Below, piece by piece: positions 63,461-64,000 of a stretch of 64,000 nt of DNA. The stretch comes from Phoronis australis (taxonomy: Eukaryota; Animalia; Phoronida). Both the position numbers and the translations under genes were made by a program. Each line of letters opens with the position of its first letter. Positions within the stretch are counted from its first letter, which is position 1. The notes beneath the pieces are model-generated. The model saw only the letters and a program-made list of their open reading frames with translations. It did no database searches and was not told where the DNA came from. The DNA lies in contig NMRA01000246.1 in assembly GCA_002633005.1 (NCBI GenBank), forward strand, positions 363,856 through 427,855, given 5' to 3'.

Positions 63461-64000
63461 ACTTTATACGAGATACGAGAATGGTCTCTCCTGAGGTGTG
63501 CATGCGTGAATGAATGGATGTACTTTTTGTTTGTTTTTTGTACTTGTTTATAAATGATAATTAATGCCTGAAAAAAGAGTTTGTCAAAAAGCTTACGAGT
63601 TATAAAAACAGGTGCCAAGAACTAAAATTGCTCAAGGAGATCCAAAAGTTATCAAATACGTCTAGAAATCAACGCCGAGAATTTTTGTGAATATGGAAGC
63701 AAATTTGTTTTATAATGATGAGGCGTTTATGAGATACAATGTACCGTTGTCAAACAGTGAAAAAATAAAACAAAAAGTCCATTTTTAATTCGACGATTTT
63801 CTTTGTTATACAGTAAATTGATGGAAAATTGACTGAAATTCGAGAACAAAAATTAAAATATACCAAATTTTGGTGCTCTACCAAAGGTTAACAGTGATCT
63901 CCTTGGCAAAGTAAAAACTTTTTTCTTATAGAGAGGTTCAGTGTCTACTCATACATTATACACTGAATCTAGCCTAACCGACGCAAAAGTGATTCATTCT

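Overview
Eukaryotic, intron-rich, AT-rich genomic DNA from a draft assembly with N gaps; gene content and repeats point to a marine invertebrate animal. There are three main units. (1) At 561-13181 on the minus strand lies a decaying tandem set of CUB, LDL-receptor class A (LDLa) and trypsin-like protease exons, with broken splice acceptors, lost cysteines and missing catalytic exons. (2) At 25245-30956 on the plus strand is an apparently intact paralogous CUB-LDLa-trypsin serine protease gene: 7 frame-consistent exons with the full His/Asp/Ser triad; its N-terminal exons are unresolved. (3) At 36222-60530 on the minus strand is a receptor-type guanylyl cyclase (ANF-receptor ectodomain, TM helix, kinase-homology domain, coiled coil, cyclase) traced over 17 exons, including one GC-AG intron; its first exons were not found in the window. 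Mobile DNA includes a 1.3-kb TTAA-flanked THAP-encoding Kolobok-like element with ~310-bp inverted repeats, a LINE nested inside a MITE, piggyBac and L1/Tx1 fragments, tRNA-derived SINE heads and microsatellites. The palindrome TACATGTA is strongly over-represented. I found no CRISPR array, rRNA or bona fide tRNA, and no evidence strong enough to claim a new biological system. Exon boundaries were read by hand and checked for frame.
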